A stretch of DNA of 15,025 bases, taken from contig JAEOTB010000103.1 in the NCBI GenBank assembly GCA_016840065.1, forward strand, positions 1 through 15,025. The letters run 5' to 3'. This DNA is from Candidatus Hermodarchaeota archaeon. GTDB taxonomy: Archaea > Asgardarchaeota > Hermodarchaeia > Hermodarchaeales > Hermodarchaeaceae. Made by a program: the position numbers and the translations under genes. The notes under the pieces are model-generated. The model was not told where the DNA came from. It searched no databases and saw only the letters and a program-made list of their open reading frames with translations. Of the stretch, positions 1 to 8,696 are shown one piece after another (the first letter of the stretch is position 1; each line of letters starts with the position of its first letter).

Positions 1-1
1 A

Positions 2-160
2 CATTTGAAATGTAGATGTGGTAATGAAATAGAAAAAAGCGCTTGGGGGCCCGCGAAATGCCAAGGATGTGGCCGACCGTATTGCAAAAATTGCAAGGCA
101 AGCTTCGCTGGTTTCTGCAAACACTGTGAGAAAATGGGACCTCCACCAGGTTGGGGTTAA
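2..160 (+). CDS. Cys-rich double zinc-finger small protein, or the C-terminus of a protein truncated at the window edge; not in the ORF track
   Basis: Frame 2 reads HLKCRCGNEIEKSAWGPAKCQGCGRPYCKNCKASFAGFCKHCEKMGPPPGWG, TAA at 158-160. Eight Cys as CxC plus three CxxC. Possible TTG start at 5. Confidence 0.75.
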   Translation, partial: HLKCRCGNEIEKSAWGPAKCQGCGRPYCKNCKASFAGFCKHCEKMGPPPGWG

Positions 161-244
161 ACCAAGGAACAATTTCGCGAATAGTCTTACAGGTTTGTTT
201 ATTCGAGCTTGGTAGTAGTTGGTTTGAAGATGCGTTCAATCCAT

Positions 245-1345
245 CTAGGTCATAGAATAGAGGGGCTTCAACCGGCTTCGGTGTTTAGGATAGGAAAGGA
301 TGTCTGTTGAGTCGCTGAACTGATCCACTGAGCCAATGTGCTCTGGGAGTCTTAGAATTTCTTCGTCTTCTATTGTCGCTCTGATAGCTTGTGCGAAGCG
401 GTCGCTGTCGATTACTAGGTAGGGTCGGTTGTGGAAGTGTCTGACCTTTGGCTCGATGGAAGGGGTAATGCCAAGAGCGTTATGTATCTTTGCGACCGTC
501 TCATAAGCCTGGGAGAGATGCTGTTCGCGTTCCTTCCAAGTGGATGTGTATAATACGGATTCGAGAATCGGTCCTAGAACTTTGGCACAGCGGAGTTTGG
601 CGAATGCGGTTCCAAACCATTTAGGATAGGGGGCATAGACCTTCTCCATGAGGAAGCAGAGGCGCATCAGGTCCCTGACTAGCCTTGCTGCGATAATCTT
701 CGAACCGAGTTCGTCACCCACGTCTCCACATCGTCCGACGAAGGGTTCCTCCTGACATATACGCCTCCATTGAGCTGCCAGCAGATACTTCCAGAGTTCT
801 TCCGTATAGTAGTGGAACTTTTCGCGCACAGGACCGAGTTCTTTCAAGCCATCGTGGAAGATTTTCCCTGAGGTGACTTCTAGTAGGGACTGCTCGGAGA
901 AGGTGAGCCACTCCTTTACCGTGATTTCATCAAAGGGGTTGATGTTGAGGGTTCGGATGAAGAATCTGCGAGTAGTGGTGACTATCACTTGATGATTAAT
1001 CGGACCCTCGGTGATGTTCTCCATTACCAGTGCACCATCGGGTGCCTTGGCGAAGTGAGTCGAATAACCTCGAAATTGGTACGGGAGTTCACGGCTCAAT
1101 GTTGTTGTAATGCTCTCTCCGAGTTGAGGATAATCTCCATCAGCGAGAAATAATAGAAGGCGTGGCCCCCAACCGTGATCTCTAGATTGGGGGGTGTCAA
1201 AGCCAAGAATATCGGAACCCCATTTGCCCAGCGACCCGGCTGAATACTTGAGGTTGGGAAATTGTTTGTCTAATATTGGTTGGACGACTTCGTTGTAGAA
1301 CATCTCGCTTAATCTAAGTCCAGGAATGAATTTAGTTTCTTGAAT
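245..1345 (-). CDS. DUF4037-domain protein (nucleotidyltransferase-like)
   Basis: Motifs GSDILGFD..SRDHGWGPR, YAPYPKWFGTAF, FHNRPY and GSVDQFSDSTD recalled as typical of the family. The frame stays open upstream of ATG 1303 (IQETKFIPGLRLSE) to an ATT at 1345, preceded by GGAAGTGA. Confidence 0.8.
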   Translation of the reverse strand: MQETKFIPGLRLSEMFYNEVVQPILDKQFPNLKYSAGSLGKWGSDILGFDTPQSRDHGWGPRLLLFLADGDYPQLGESITTTLSRELPYQFRGYSTHFAKAPDGALVMENITEGPINHQVIVTTTRRFFIRTLNINPFDEITVKEWLTFSEQSLLEVTSGKIFHDGLKELGPVREKFHYYTEELWKYLLAAQWRRICQEEPFVGRCGDVGDELGSKIIAARLVRDLMRLCFLMEKVYAPYPKWFGTAFAKLRCAKVLGPILESVLYTSTWKEREQHLSQAYETVAKIHNALGITPSIEPKVRHFHNRPYLVIDSDRFAQAIRATIEDEEILRLPEHIGSVDQFSDSTDILSYPKHRSRLKPLYSMT

Positions 1346-1441
1346 TTTTCTTCACTTCCTTGATGAAATCTCGGGGAGAAAGGGTCGCTCAGTGGTGACC
1401 CGAATAGCTTTTAGGATAATGGAATATAGAATTATAGGTTT

Positions 1442-1467
1442 ATCATATCCGATGGACCAGATATGAT
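1442..1467. promoter_or_regulatory. Perfect 8-bp inverted repeat, candidate operator
   Basis: ATCATATC-N10-GATATGAT in the divergent intergenic region, just downstream of AT-rich TATA-like sequence at about 1423-1436. Confidence 0.45.
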
Positions 1468-1500
1468 TTGATATATGAAAGGATGTTTAGGGGTGCTATC

Positions 1501-2247
1501 TTGACAACGCTACCATCTTTGACTAATTCCCTTAAGGAAAACCGAAGTAAATTAGCCTCTTTGGAGAACTCGTCGGCAAAGGAAATTGAGAATCTTTCAG
1601 CCGAGCACGATGCTCTGCTAGAGGTTCTAGAGCGTGTCCAGGAACACTGGAATGCTCAGTCAACCGAAGCTAAAGCTTTGGCGAAGGAGGCTTTGGATCT
1701 AGGAGAGGATCTAATTACTGTAAAGGAGGCACAGGAAATCCTTGAAAGCCGAGTCAAAGGCAAAAGACAGGATTTAGCTGTGAAACAGAAATCGCTTCAA
1801 GACCTTGAATCGACCCTAGATGGATTAACCAATAAGGTATCCAAGGCCGAGGATACGCACCGGTCGGTGGAGAGTGAGCTCCGTGATAAAGAGGAGACAC
1901 TCTCAGATAGGAGAGATCTTCTAGAATCACTGCAAGAAGACCATAAGGACTTGATGAGGAAGCTGGAACGTGAGCGTCTTGGATTAAGGGAGAAATATGA
2001 GGAGCTAGTCTCAAAGTACCACGCTATTAGATTCTTGCTGCGAGAAGATTTTGTAGATGCACCTGAGGCAAAAATACTCAAAGCGTTGGAAGGGAAGTCA
2101 TCGATCAGTATCGACGAGTTGAAATCCAAAACATCCCTAACCACTTATCGTGTAGAAAAAGCAGTGAAGTTGCTGACAGAACGCGGGGTTCTTGATTTCG
2201 CTTCAAGAAGCGGCGAAATTACAGTAAAGAGACAGATTCAGCTTTGA
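1501..2247 (+). CDS. Long coiled-coil protein with C-terminal winged-helix domain (copy A)
   Basis: About 185 aa of heptad E/K/L-rich sequence, then PEAKILKALEGKSSISIDELKSKTSLTTYRVEKAVKLLTERGVLDF (wHTH pattern). TTG 1501 follows GGGGTG; the track start is 1468. Confidence 0.8.
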   Translation: MTTLPSLTNSLKENRSKLASLENSSAKEIENLSAEHDALLEVLERVQEHWNAQSTEAKALAKEALDLGEDLITVKEAQEILESRVKGKRQDLAVKQKSLQDLESTLDGLTNKVSKAEDTHRSVESELRDKEETLSDRRDLLESLQEDHKDLMRKLERERLGLREKYEELVSKYHAIRFLLREDFVDAPEAKILKALEGKSSISIDELKSKTSLTTYRVEKAVKLLTERGVLDFASRSGEITVKRQIQL

Positions 2248-2261
2248 AAAATGGGGTGAAG

Positions 2262-2999
2262 TTGATGAAGGAATTAGAAAAGCTAAACACGATTTTGGAA
2301 CGAACTCGAACCCGACTAAAGGAGCATAAAGAGTTCGTGGAAACCCAACTTGCGGCCATCCAAGACACCTTACAAGAATGTGGTGAAACCATACCCAAGG
2401 TTGAAGCAGAATTATCCGAATTAACAACACAGATGAAGCAGAACCAGGATTCCATCGATGATTTGACAAGAAAGATAGATGAAGTGGAGAGACTTAATCT
2501 TCTGCGGCAGGAGGAGATTGCCACTCTTCAAACCCAGATCGACGAGTTAGATAGTGAAACAGAATCAGTTGAGGGGCGGATAGCTGATTCAGAAGAACGT
2601 CTACAAACAGTTACCAGGTCGTTGCGTGATTTCCAAACTGATTTGGAGGATATCTCGAACCAGATTCAGATGATTGAGCGAGATATCGAAGAGGCGCGAG
2701 AAGAGAGTGAGCAATCAGTTAGTGCAAAGAACCTTGAGCGGGATGAAACCGAGCAAGAACTTGAAACGCTTAGAGAGGATAATGCAATTGCAGATTTCCT
2801 ACTCGAAGCCGTCGGGGACTCGGAGGAGTTACGATTCATCGCTACGCTTATCCAGAAATCAGACCTCACTGTAGGCGAACTCTGTGCAGCCAGTGGAGCG
2901 TCCAGAGAGGCTGCCGACCAAATAATCGAGTCACTTGAAGATGAAGGCTGGATCAAGCTTCGCGGCAATGGCACAATCCGTTTCTTAAAACCCCTCTAG
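2262..2999 (+). CDS. Long acidic coiled-coil protein with C-terminal winged-helix domain (copy B)
   Basis: Heptad coiled coil, then EELRFIATLIQKSDLTVGELCAASGASREAADQIIESLEDEGWIKL. GGGGTGA at 2253-2259 precedes TTG 2262/ATG 2265; the track start is 2244. Confidence 0.8.
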   Translation: MMKELEKLNTILERTRTRLKEHKEFVETQLAAIQDTLQECGETIPKVEAELSELTTQMKQNQDSIDDLTRKIDEVERLNLLRQEEIATLQTQIDELDSETESVEGRIADSEERLQTVTRSLRDFQTDLEDISNQIQMIERDIEEAREESEQSVSAKNLERDETEQELETLREDNAIADFLLEAVGDSEELRFIATLIQKSDLTVGELCAASGASREAADQIIESLEDEGWIKLRGNGTIRFLKPL

Positions 3000-3009
3000 C
3001 TGGACAGGA

Positions 3010-4959
3010 CTATCTTGAATCTCTTATGGAATCAAGTGCTTCTGGGTTTTCTACTGAGCTGAGGTCGCTGACTTTCTCATCTAGGTAGACACGCTTGATT
3101 AGTCGTCTAACGATTTTGCCTGATCGGGTTTTAGGCAAAGCAGCAACGAATCGTATATCTTCGGGGATGAATGGTTTGCCCATAACTTTTCCAATATGAA
3201 GTCGGAGTTCTTCACGGAGTCCATCTGTAATCTCGTGTCCAGTCTTTAGCACGACAAAGCTCACAATCCCTTGACCTTTCAGAGGATGAGGGACACCAAT
3301 GGTTGCAACTTCTGATACTGCTGGATGACTGGTGAGTGCTGTTTCTATTTCAGAGGGACCTACGCGCATGCCAGAAACTTTGATGACATCATCTGCCCGT
3401 CCAAGTAGAAACCAGAAGCCGTCCTTGTCTACAAAGGCCAAATCACCATGGTACCATACTCCAGGAAGGGTTGACCAGTAAGTTTCGATATATCGCTCTG
3501 GCGCCTTCCAGAATCCCCGGGTCATTGAGGGGGCTGGCTTTCGGCAGATGAGCATACCTATCTGGTTGCGGACGCTTGCACCACTTTCATCAACCACGTC
3601 GACATCCATCCCTAGACCAGGTCCTCGAAGTGTTCGTGGTTTCAAATCAGTTATTGGTAAGGGACTGAGGAAGCAACCAAAGATTTCGGTGCCACCAGAG
3701 AAATTAATGATTGGGAGCTTACCCTTCCCGACCGTTTTGAAATACCAGAGCCAGCTTGTGTCATCCCACGGTTCTCCCGTTGAACCTAGTATGCGTAGCG
3801 AGCTGAGGTCGCGTTTGTTTACCCAATCATTGCCCAGTCGTATGAGATACCGAATAGCAGTAGGGGCAATACCAAACGCAGTCACTTTGTGTTTTTCGAT
3901 AATCCTCCATAGCTTGTCGGGCCCGGGGTGGTCTATAGCACCCTCGAATATGAGGTTGGTAGCGCCATGATGCAACGCTCCCACCACCGCCCAGGGACCC
4001 ATCATCCAGCCGAGATCACTAAGCCAGAAGAGGACATCACCAGCTTTGATATCGCAGTAGTAGCCGACTTCCTTGGCAGCTTGGGCAAGGAGACCGCCGT
4101 GACTATGGACAGTGCCTTTTGGTTTACCTGTGGTTCCGGAGCTGTAGAGGACCATCGCTATATCCTCAGCATCCATTGGTTCAGTGGGGCACTCTGGTTT
4201 TTGGTCTTTGACGAGTTCGTGCCACCATATATCACGACCCTCCGTCCATGAAACTTCAATTCCCATCCGTTTTACGACGATGAGGTGTTTGATAGTGTCA
4301 ACGCCCTCTACGCTCTTGTCGGCGATTTCTTTGATATGGAGACGGCGACCGCGTCGAGTTGAGCCATCTGAGGTGAACAGTATCTTTGCTCCAACATCCC
4401 TGAGCCGCATTTTGATTGCGTCGAATTTGAAGCCAGAGAATATTGGTACAGCAATGCTCCCGATTTTGTATGCAGCCAGCAGAGCCATGATGGTTTCGGG
4501 AACCATTGGCATAAGAATTCCGAGTGGGTCCCCCTTGCTTATGCCGAGGCTCTTGAGCCCATTAGCGATTTGGCACACTCCTTCATTCAATTCCTCATAA
4601 GTGAGGCTGCGTTCTTCTCCTGTTTCACTGACCCAGATGAGTGCCCTCTTGTCAAGTGGGTGTTTGTCTATTGTGTTATGTACGATGTTTATCTTTCCAC
4701 CAATAAACCACTTTGCCCATTCGATTCCCTTGGAGGCATCTAGTACTTGGGAGTAGGGTTCATACCACTCGATACCCAAGTCCTTTAGCGCAGCATCCCA
4801 AAACCATTCGATTTCCGTGCTGCGTTTGACAAGCTCTTCGTAAGTCTTGATTCCATGTTTAGTCATGAATCGGCTAATGTTACTTCTCTCAAGATAATCG
4901 CCGTAGGGACTCCAGACAACATCGCTCAAGTTTTCATCCAACCATTTACTTCCTATCAC
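3010..4959 (-). CDS. acs: AMP-forming acetyl-CoA synthetase-family acyl-CoA ligase
   Basis: YSSGTTGKPKG loop, GSTGEP, SGGTE, HGD, GRADD, PKTRSGKIVRR. The true start may be TTG 4941. Confidence 0.92.
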   Translation of the reverse strand: MIGSKWLDENLSDVVWSPYGDYLERSNISRFMTKHGIKTYEELVKRSTEIEWFWDAALKDLGIEWYEPYSQVLDASKGIEWAKWFIGGKINIVHNTIDKHPLDKRALIWVSETGEERSLTYEELNEGVCQIANGLKSLGISKGDPLGILMPMVPETIMALLAAYKIGSIAVPIFSGFKFDAIKMRLRDVGAKILFTSDGSTRRGRRLHIKEIADKSVEGVDTIKHLIVVKRMGIEVSWTEGRDIWWHELVKDQKPECPTEPMDAEDIAMVLYSSGTTGKPKGTVHSHGGLLAQAAKEVGYYCDIKAGDVLFWLSDLGWMMGPWAVVGALHHGATNLIFEGAIDHPGPDKLWRIIEKHKVTAFGIAPTAIRYLIRLGNDWVNKRDLSSLRILGSTGEPWDDTSWLWYFKTVGKGKLPIINFSGGTEIFGCFLSPLPITDLKPRTLRGPGLGMDVDVVDESGASVRNQIGMLICRKPAPSMTRGFWKAPERYIETYWSTLPGVWYHGDLAFVDKDGFWFLLGRADDVIKVSGMRVGPSEIETALTSHPAVSEVATIGVPHPLKGQGIVSFVVLKTGHEITDGLREELRLHIGKVMGKPFIPEDIRFVAALPKTRSGKIVRRLIKRVYLDEKVSDLSSVENPEALDSIRDSR

Positions 4960-5089
4960 ATATCAGAATAATTTTATAGATTGTGGCTTCCGCTTCTCGC
5001 TAATAAGGATGCGAAAGACCTGGGTACGCTGCAGGATTCGCGATGAAGCTTGGTCCCGTGAAAGCAGAGTGCTTTGTGAAATAACATTC

Positions 5090-6448
5090 TTAGGGTTTGG
5101 TGCGTTTCCTCTTTAGGATTAGAAGGATTATTACAATACTCACACAGACCACAATGACTACACCGATAACCAATGGCAGCGGCAAGCCCCCTAAAGAAGG
5201 ATAAGCTGGGGGATATTCCTCGAATAGTGTCTCAAAGACAGCGGCAAATGCGTTCCAGACCCGTTCACAGTTGGAAATAACATCATCTGCGTTGGGATTG
5301 AAGTAATCCCAAATACTGTGACCGTAGGCGGTTTGATTGCCATAGGTTTCGAGGGTTATTGCTAGAACTCCCATTATTCCGTACATCCAGTCCTCCCAGA
5401 TGCCCTGGGTGCCTCCTTGACCTAGGCGTGGATAACTTGAAGCCTCCATGATGTCTACAGAGATTCGGGCAAAAATTGACTCGTCTTGAGTGTAGGATCC
5501 GTTGGTATGCCACGGGGTGAAGAATCCCGCTATCCCACTGTGGAGGGACATCGCGAACACCAATTCAGGATGTGCTTCTGCAAAGCTTCGCATTGCTTGA
5601 GTTTCTGGCTCGCTAAAAGGAGTACTACCATGGTAGACTTGTGACCGAGGAATAGGACTCCCCAAATTCCAGCCTACGAGATAGTTTCGGTTTAAGTCTA
5701 TGCCGCCTATTAGATCTTCACCGATTTCACCGTCCATGTCGAGATCGTATCCCTCGTATTCATCTGCTATATCGTCATATTCCACCCAGTTATCTCCATT
5801 GATGTCTTGGACTTCTCCCTCATCTAGTAAGCCGTCACTGTCCTCGTCGGTGGGGCGAAGGTTCTTTCTGTGCCAAGGATTCACATAGATCTCTGTTAGG
5901 GAATCAGGGTTCAGAGTAGGTATGATGTAAATCACAAAGTTCTGTAAGATGGTTGCTATGTCTGGGTCATCCCGGTGATAGACCAGGTAATCCATTATGA
6001 AGAGGGAGTTCTCTATTGTAATGCACTCGCGCCCGTGATGGTGCCCAACCACCAGGTATCCATGGCGACCAGTGGGATTGCCTGGAGCTGTGATAGTCAC
6101 GCATCGAATGTTTCGGGACTCATAGCTGGCACCAATGGTCTCCAATGTGACATAATCAGGATAGGATGCAGCTAAAGAGTTGATATGGGAATTGATTTCC
6201 TCATAGTTATGAAAGGGGCCCAAATCAGCACCCCAGTAAACCACATCGTCATGATCTATTGATCCAGGAGCACCCACGTACTCGTCCCAAATCCATTCAA
6301 CGGAGGACTGGGATTCCATAACCGTAACTCCCTGCAGGGACGCAACATTCAACGAAAGTGGAGTAGGGATGAAGAATGATAGCACTAACACCACACTAAC
6401 GGATAACCTCAGGTAGTTGAGGAAACTCCTCTGAAATTCTGGTCTCAT
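5090..6448 (-). CDS. Secreted, membrane-anchored M14 zinc carboxypeptidase
   Basis: HHGRE (HxxE), PTLNPD, RKN, GIDLNRNY, FSEPET, SLHS, TLE. N-terminal hydrophobic signal, C-terminal TM helix plus KRKRTKP, RBS GAGGT. Confidence 0.9.
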   Translation of the reverse strand: MRPEFQRSFLNYLRLSVSVVLVLSFFIPTPLSLNVASLQGVTVMESQSSVEWIWDEYVGAPGSIDHDDVVYWGADLGPFHNYEEINSHINSLAASYPDYVTLETIGASYESRNIRCVTITAPGNPTGRHGYLVVGHHHGRECITIENSLFIMDYLVYHRDDPDIATILQNFVIYIIPTLNPDSLTEIYVNPWHRKNLRPTDEDSDGLLDEGEVQDINGDNWVEYDDIADEYEGYDLDMDGEIGEDLIGGIDLNRNYLVGWNLGSPIPRSQVYHGSTPFSEPETQAMRSFAEAHPELVFAMSLHSGIAGFFTPWHTNGSYTQDESIFARISVDIMEASSYPRLGQGGTQGIWEDWMYGIMGVLAITLETYGNQTAYGHSIWDYFNPNADDVISNCERVWNAFAAVFETLFEEYPPAYPSLGGLPLPLVIGVVIVVCVSIVIILLILKRKRTKP

Positions 6449-6453
6449 TTACC

Positions 6454-6639
6454 TCACGTAGTCATCCTTCCCTTTCTGATTGAAAAACCGTTTCGGAAGA
6501 GGCAACATAAGCCCAAAACACTCAAGTCGCGCTTCTCATTCATCAGATGTTTTACTTTTTCTTCTTCGACGCGGTTGGTGTTTTGAGCCACTTGTAGTAC
6601 GTTTAGAGGATTGGCTGGTGGTTTCTCCTCTTCCATCAA
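6454..6639 (-). CDS. Hypothetical 61-aa protein
   Basis: GAGG upstream of TTG/ATG; its stop abuts the carboxypeptidase RBS; no recognisable domain. Confidence 0.3.
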   Translation of the reverse strand: MMEEEKPPANPLNVLQVAQNTNRVEEEKVKHLMNEKRDLSVLGLCCLFRNGFSIRKGRMTT

Positions 6640-6770
6640 TTTCCTCGTGTAGATTCAAGGTTATTTTTATTGTACCGACTCTTTCTAATTTTAAGGATGT
6701 ATTACACGTTCTCGCGCCGCAAAGGATTTAGCGTAGGGCGTGTATAGGGTGTGGAACGGATGGGTTTGCT

Positions 6771-7715
6771 GTGCCGCATTCTGAACAGGAACTAGTGTCA
6801 TCGAAGACCAGACGGACAGCTTCTACCTATCCTGCGCGGCTACTAGAGAAGATGTTGGAGCGGAGGACACTGGAAACTCCAACTACAAAACATCATGTGA
6901 TTGTTGGGAATAGCCGCAAAATGCTCGAAGTGGCAGATAATTCTGTACAACTAGTGGTTACTTCACCCCCTTATCCTATGATTGAGTTGTGGGATGACTT
7001 GTTCCATCAACAGGGATGCCGGACCTTCTCCGACATGCACAATCTTCTAGCTGAGGTTTGGAGGGAGTGCTACCGTGTACTCATCGAAGGAGGAATCGCC
7101 TGTATCAATATTGGGGACGCACTGCGAAAAGACAATGGTGGGTTGAGGCTCTTCCCCAATCATGTACGTATCACCGAGCATTGTGAATCCATCGGCTTCA
7201 CCAGTCTCCCCTTCATTTTATGGAAGAAGCCGACAACTAGACCTAATGCCTTTCTAGGGTCAGGGTTCTTGCCTCCCAACGCATACGTCACACAGGATTG
7301 CGAATTCATTCTCCTCTTCCGTAAAGGATCACCGCGTAGTTTTCCACCTAAAGACTTCTTACGTTATGCCAGCCATTACACAAAACCTCAGCGAGATGCA
7401 TGGTTTACCCAGATTTGGCAAGTACCCGGTGCCCGCCAAGAGAATGGTGACCTAGACCGACGAGTTGCTGCGTATCCAGAAGAGATTGCTAAACGCCTTA
7501 TTCGGATGTTCTCCATTTACGGAGATACTGTCATCGATCCCTTTCTAGGCACAGGAACGACGATGAAAGTGGCAAAGGACCATCATCGTAACAGTATCGG
7601 ATATGAGATTGATGAAAGGCTCCTCCCAACTATCAAGGAGCGGATAGCAATACCACTCGATTCTGTGGAAACCGCTGGTCAAGCATCGTCGTTTAAAATC
7701 ACTCGTCGAGACTAA
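6771..7715 (+). CDS. Site-specific amino (N4-C/N6-A) DNA methyltransferase, beta class, orphan
   Basis: Catalytic TSPPY precedes the SAM-binding DPFLGTGTT; also A.YPEEIAKRLI and GYEID. The true start may be later (ATG 6852). Confidence 0.9.
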   Translation: MPHSEQELVSSKTRRTASTYPARLLEKMLERRTLETPTTKHHVIVGNSRKMLEVADNSVQLVVTSPPYPMIELWDDLFHQQGCRTFSDMHNLLAEVWRECYRVLIEGGIACINIGDALRKDNGGLRLFPNHVRITEHCESIGFTSLPFILWKKPTTRPNAFLGSGFLPPNAYVTQDCEFILLFRKGSPRSFPPKDFLRYASHYTKPQRDAWFTQIWQVPGARQENGDLDRRVAAYPEEIAKRLIRMFSIYGDTVIDPFLGTGTTMKVAKDHHRNSIGYEIDERLLPTIKERIAIPLDSVETAGQASSFKITRRD

Positions 7716-7793
7716 CTCCTCGGATGATACTGATATTCATTTTACAAAACAAATGGAATGAAAAGAGGAGAGCAGGATGGTTCTAGCTTGCTG

Positions 7794-7808
7794 TAAGAAG
7801 GTTTAAAG
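7794..7808 (+). promoter_or_regulatory. BRE/TATA promoter, likely giving a leaderless transcript
   Basis: TAAGAAGG-TTTAAAG lies about 25 nt upstream of ATG 7833; no obvious RBS. Confidence 0.55.
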
Positions 7809-7832
7809 AACCTGAGATACCGATTCTAGGGT

Positions 7833-8696
7833 ATGTCGTTCGGTCAGGTTACCTTTCAAAGTGGTCAGCTCGTTCCACTAGCCTACGAGAGTGTCGCTAC
7901 AAAAATTGACAAGGTCAAGTTTGAGGATGAAGAAGGTCGCCTCGTAGTGTCTGATATTCGAGTAGTGTGGTACAAGACCAAGAAGGGTAGGAGTGTACTA
8001 AAGGGAGTTGCTGCTGCCATCGCTGTAGGTGTTGGCGGAGCAGTTGTCGGTCATGCAGCACGTCGCCACGGCGGAGTTGTTGGCGACATCGTCGGTCATG
8101 GGATTCAAGAGGGCACAGATGTCGCTGCTCATGCTATCATGTTCGATACGATAGCTAAACAGCACATGATTAGACGCGGAGAAGATGGCACTGCCGAAAC
8201 CATGGCTATACCGCTCCGAGCTATTGGCAATGCTACAGTTCATAAGGACAAGCTCATTATCACATTGAGCTCTGGTGATGATATCGATTTCGAGGGCAAA
8301 CGCAAGGGAAAGATGTTCTCCGTCGCTGTTGCTCAACTCATGACCGCAAAAGAGGCGAACAAATGCCCCTATTGCGGCGCGCGTCCTCAACCTGGTACTA
8401 ATGAATGCACTCGGTGCGGTGCAGCTGTTCAAGGCGGAACAGGGCCTACCCAAGCTGCTATGCCAGCAGGTATGCCAGCTGGAATGCCCGCGGGAATGCC
8501 TATGATGCCCGGTATGCCTCAATTCATGTGCCCGTTCTGTAAGAATAAGATTATGCCCGCCGAGCATTGTGTTAGCTGTGGTCGTAGACTTATGGCTAGA
8601 TGCTCGAAGTGTGAATCTGATATTCCGCTGTTTATGTTTGCAGGGGCGAAACGTTGCCCCCAGTGCGGTGGAAAGCTCGAGTACCCACAACACTAG
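7833..8696 (+). CDS. PH/GRAM-like domain with Gly-zipper insert, plus multiple zinc ribbons
   Basis: EGRLVVSDIRVVWY ... AIPLRAIGNATV..DKLIITLSSGDDIDF (PH-like pattern) split by GVAAAIAVGVGGAVVG. Six CxxC pairs and a PAGM linker. Confidence 0.75.
   Translation: MSFGQVTFQSGQLVPLAYESVATKIDKVKFEDEEGRLVVSDIRVVWYKTKKGRSVLKGVAAAIAVGVGGAVVGHAARRHGGVVGDIVGHGIQEGTDVAAHAIMFDTIAKQHMIRRGEDGTAETMAIPLRAIGNATVHKDKLIITLSSGDDIDFEGKRKGKMFSVAVAQLMTAKEANKCPYCGARPQPGTNECTRCGAAVQGGTGPTQAAMPAGMPAGMPAGMPMMPGMPQFMCPFCKNKIMPAEHCVSCGRRLMARCSKCESDIPLFMFAGAKRCPQCGGKLEYPQH
8460..8519 (+). repeat. Coding 12-nt tandem repeat (MPAG x3, then MPMMPGMP)
   Basis: ATGCCAGCAGGT ATGCCAGCTGGA ATGCCCGCGGGA; the three units differ only at synonymous positions. 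Confidence 0.85.

Noticed and set aside
1382-1401. GGGTCGC-N6-GTGACCC hairpin
   Set aside because: Single short stem with no tRNA or ncRNA context; could be chance
1754-2974. Several antisense or alternate-frame ORFs over the coiled-coil genes
   Set aside because: Mostly Ser-rich shadows of Glu/Arg-rich coding sequence, with no motifs
1501-2999. SMC/Rad50 or ESCRT-III annotation for the coiled-coil pair
   Set aside because: No Walker motifs, hinge or Zn hook, and no recognisable Snf7 signature
3548-6731. Short ORFs nested in acs or the carboxypeptidase, and ORF 6480-6731
   Set aside because: No domain signal; most lie within clear genes
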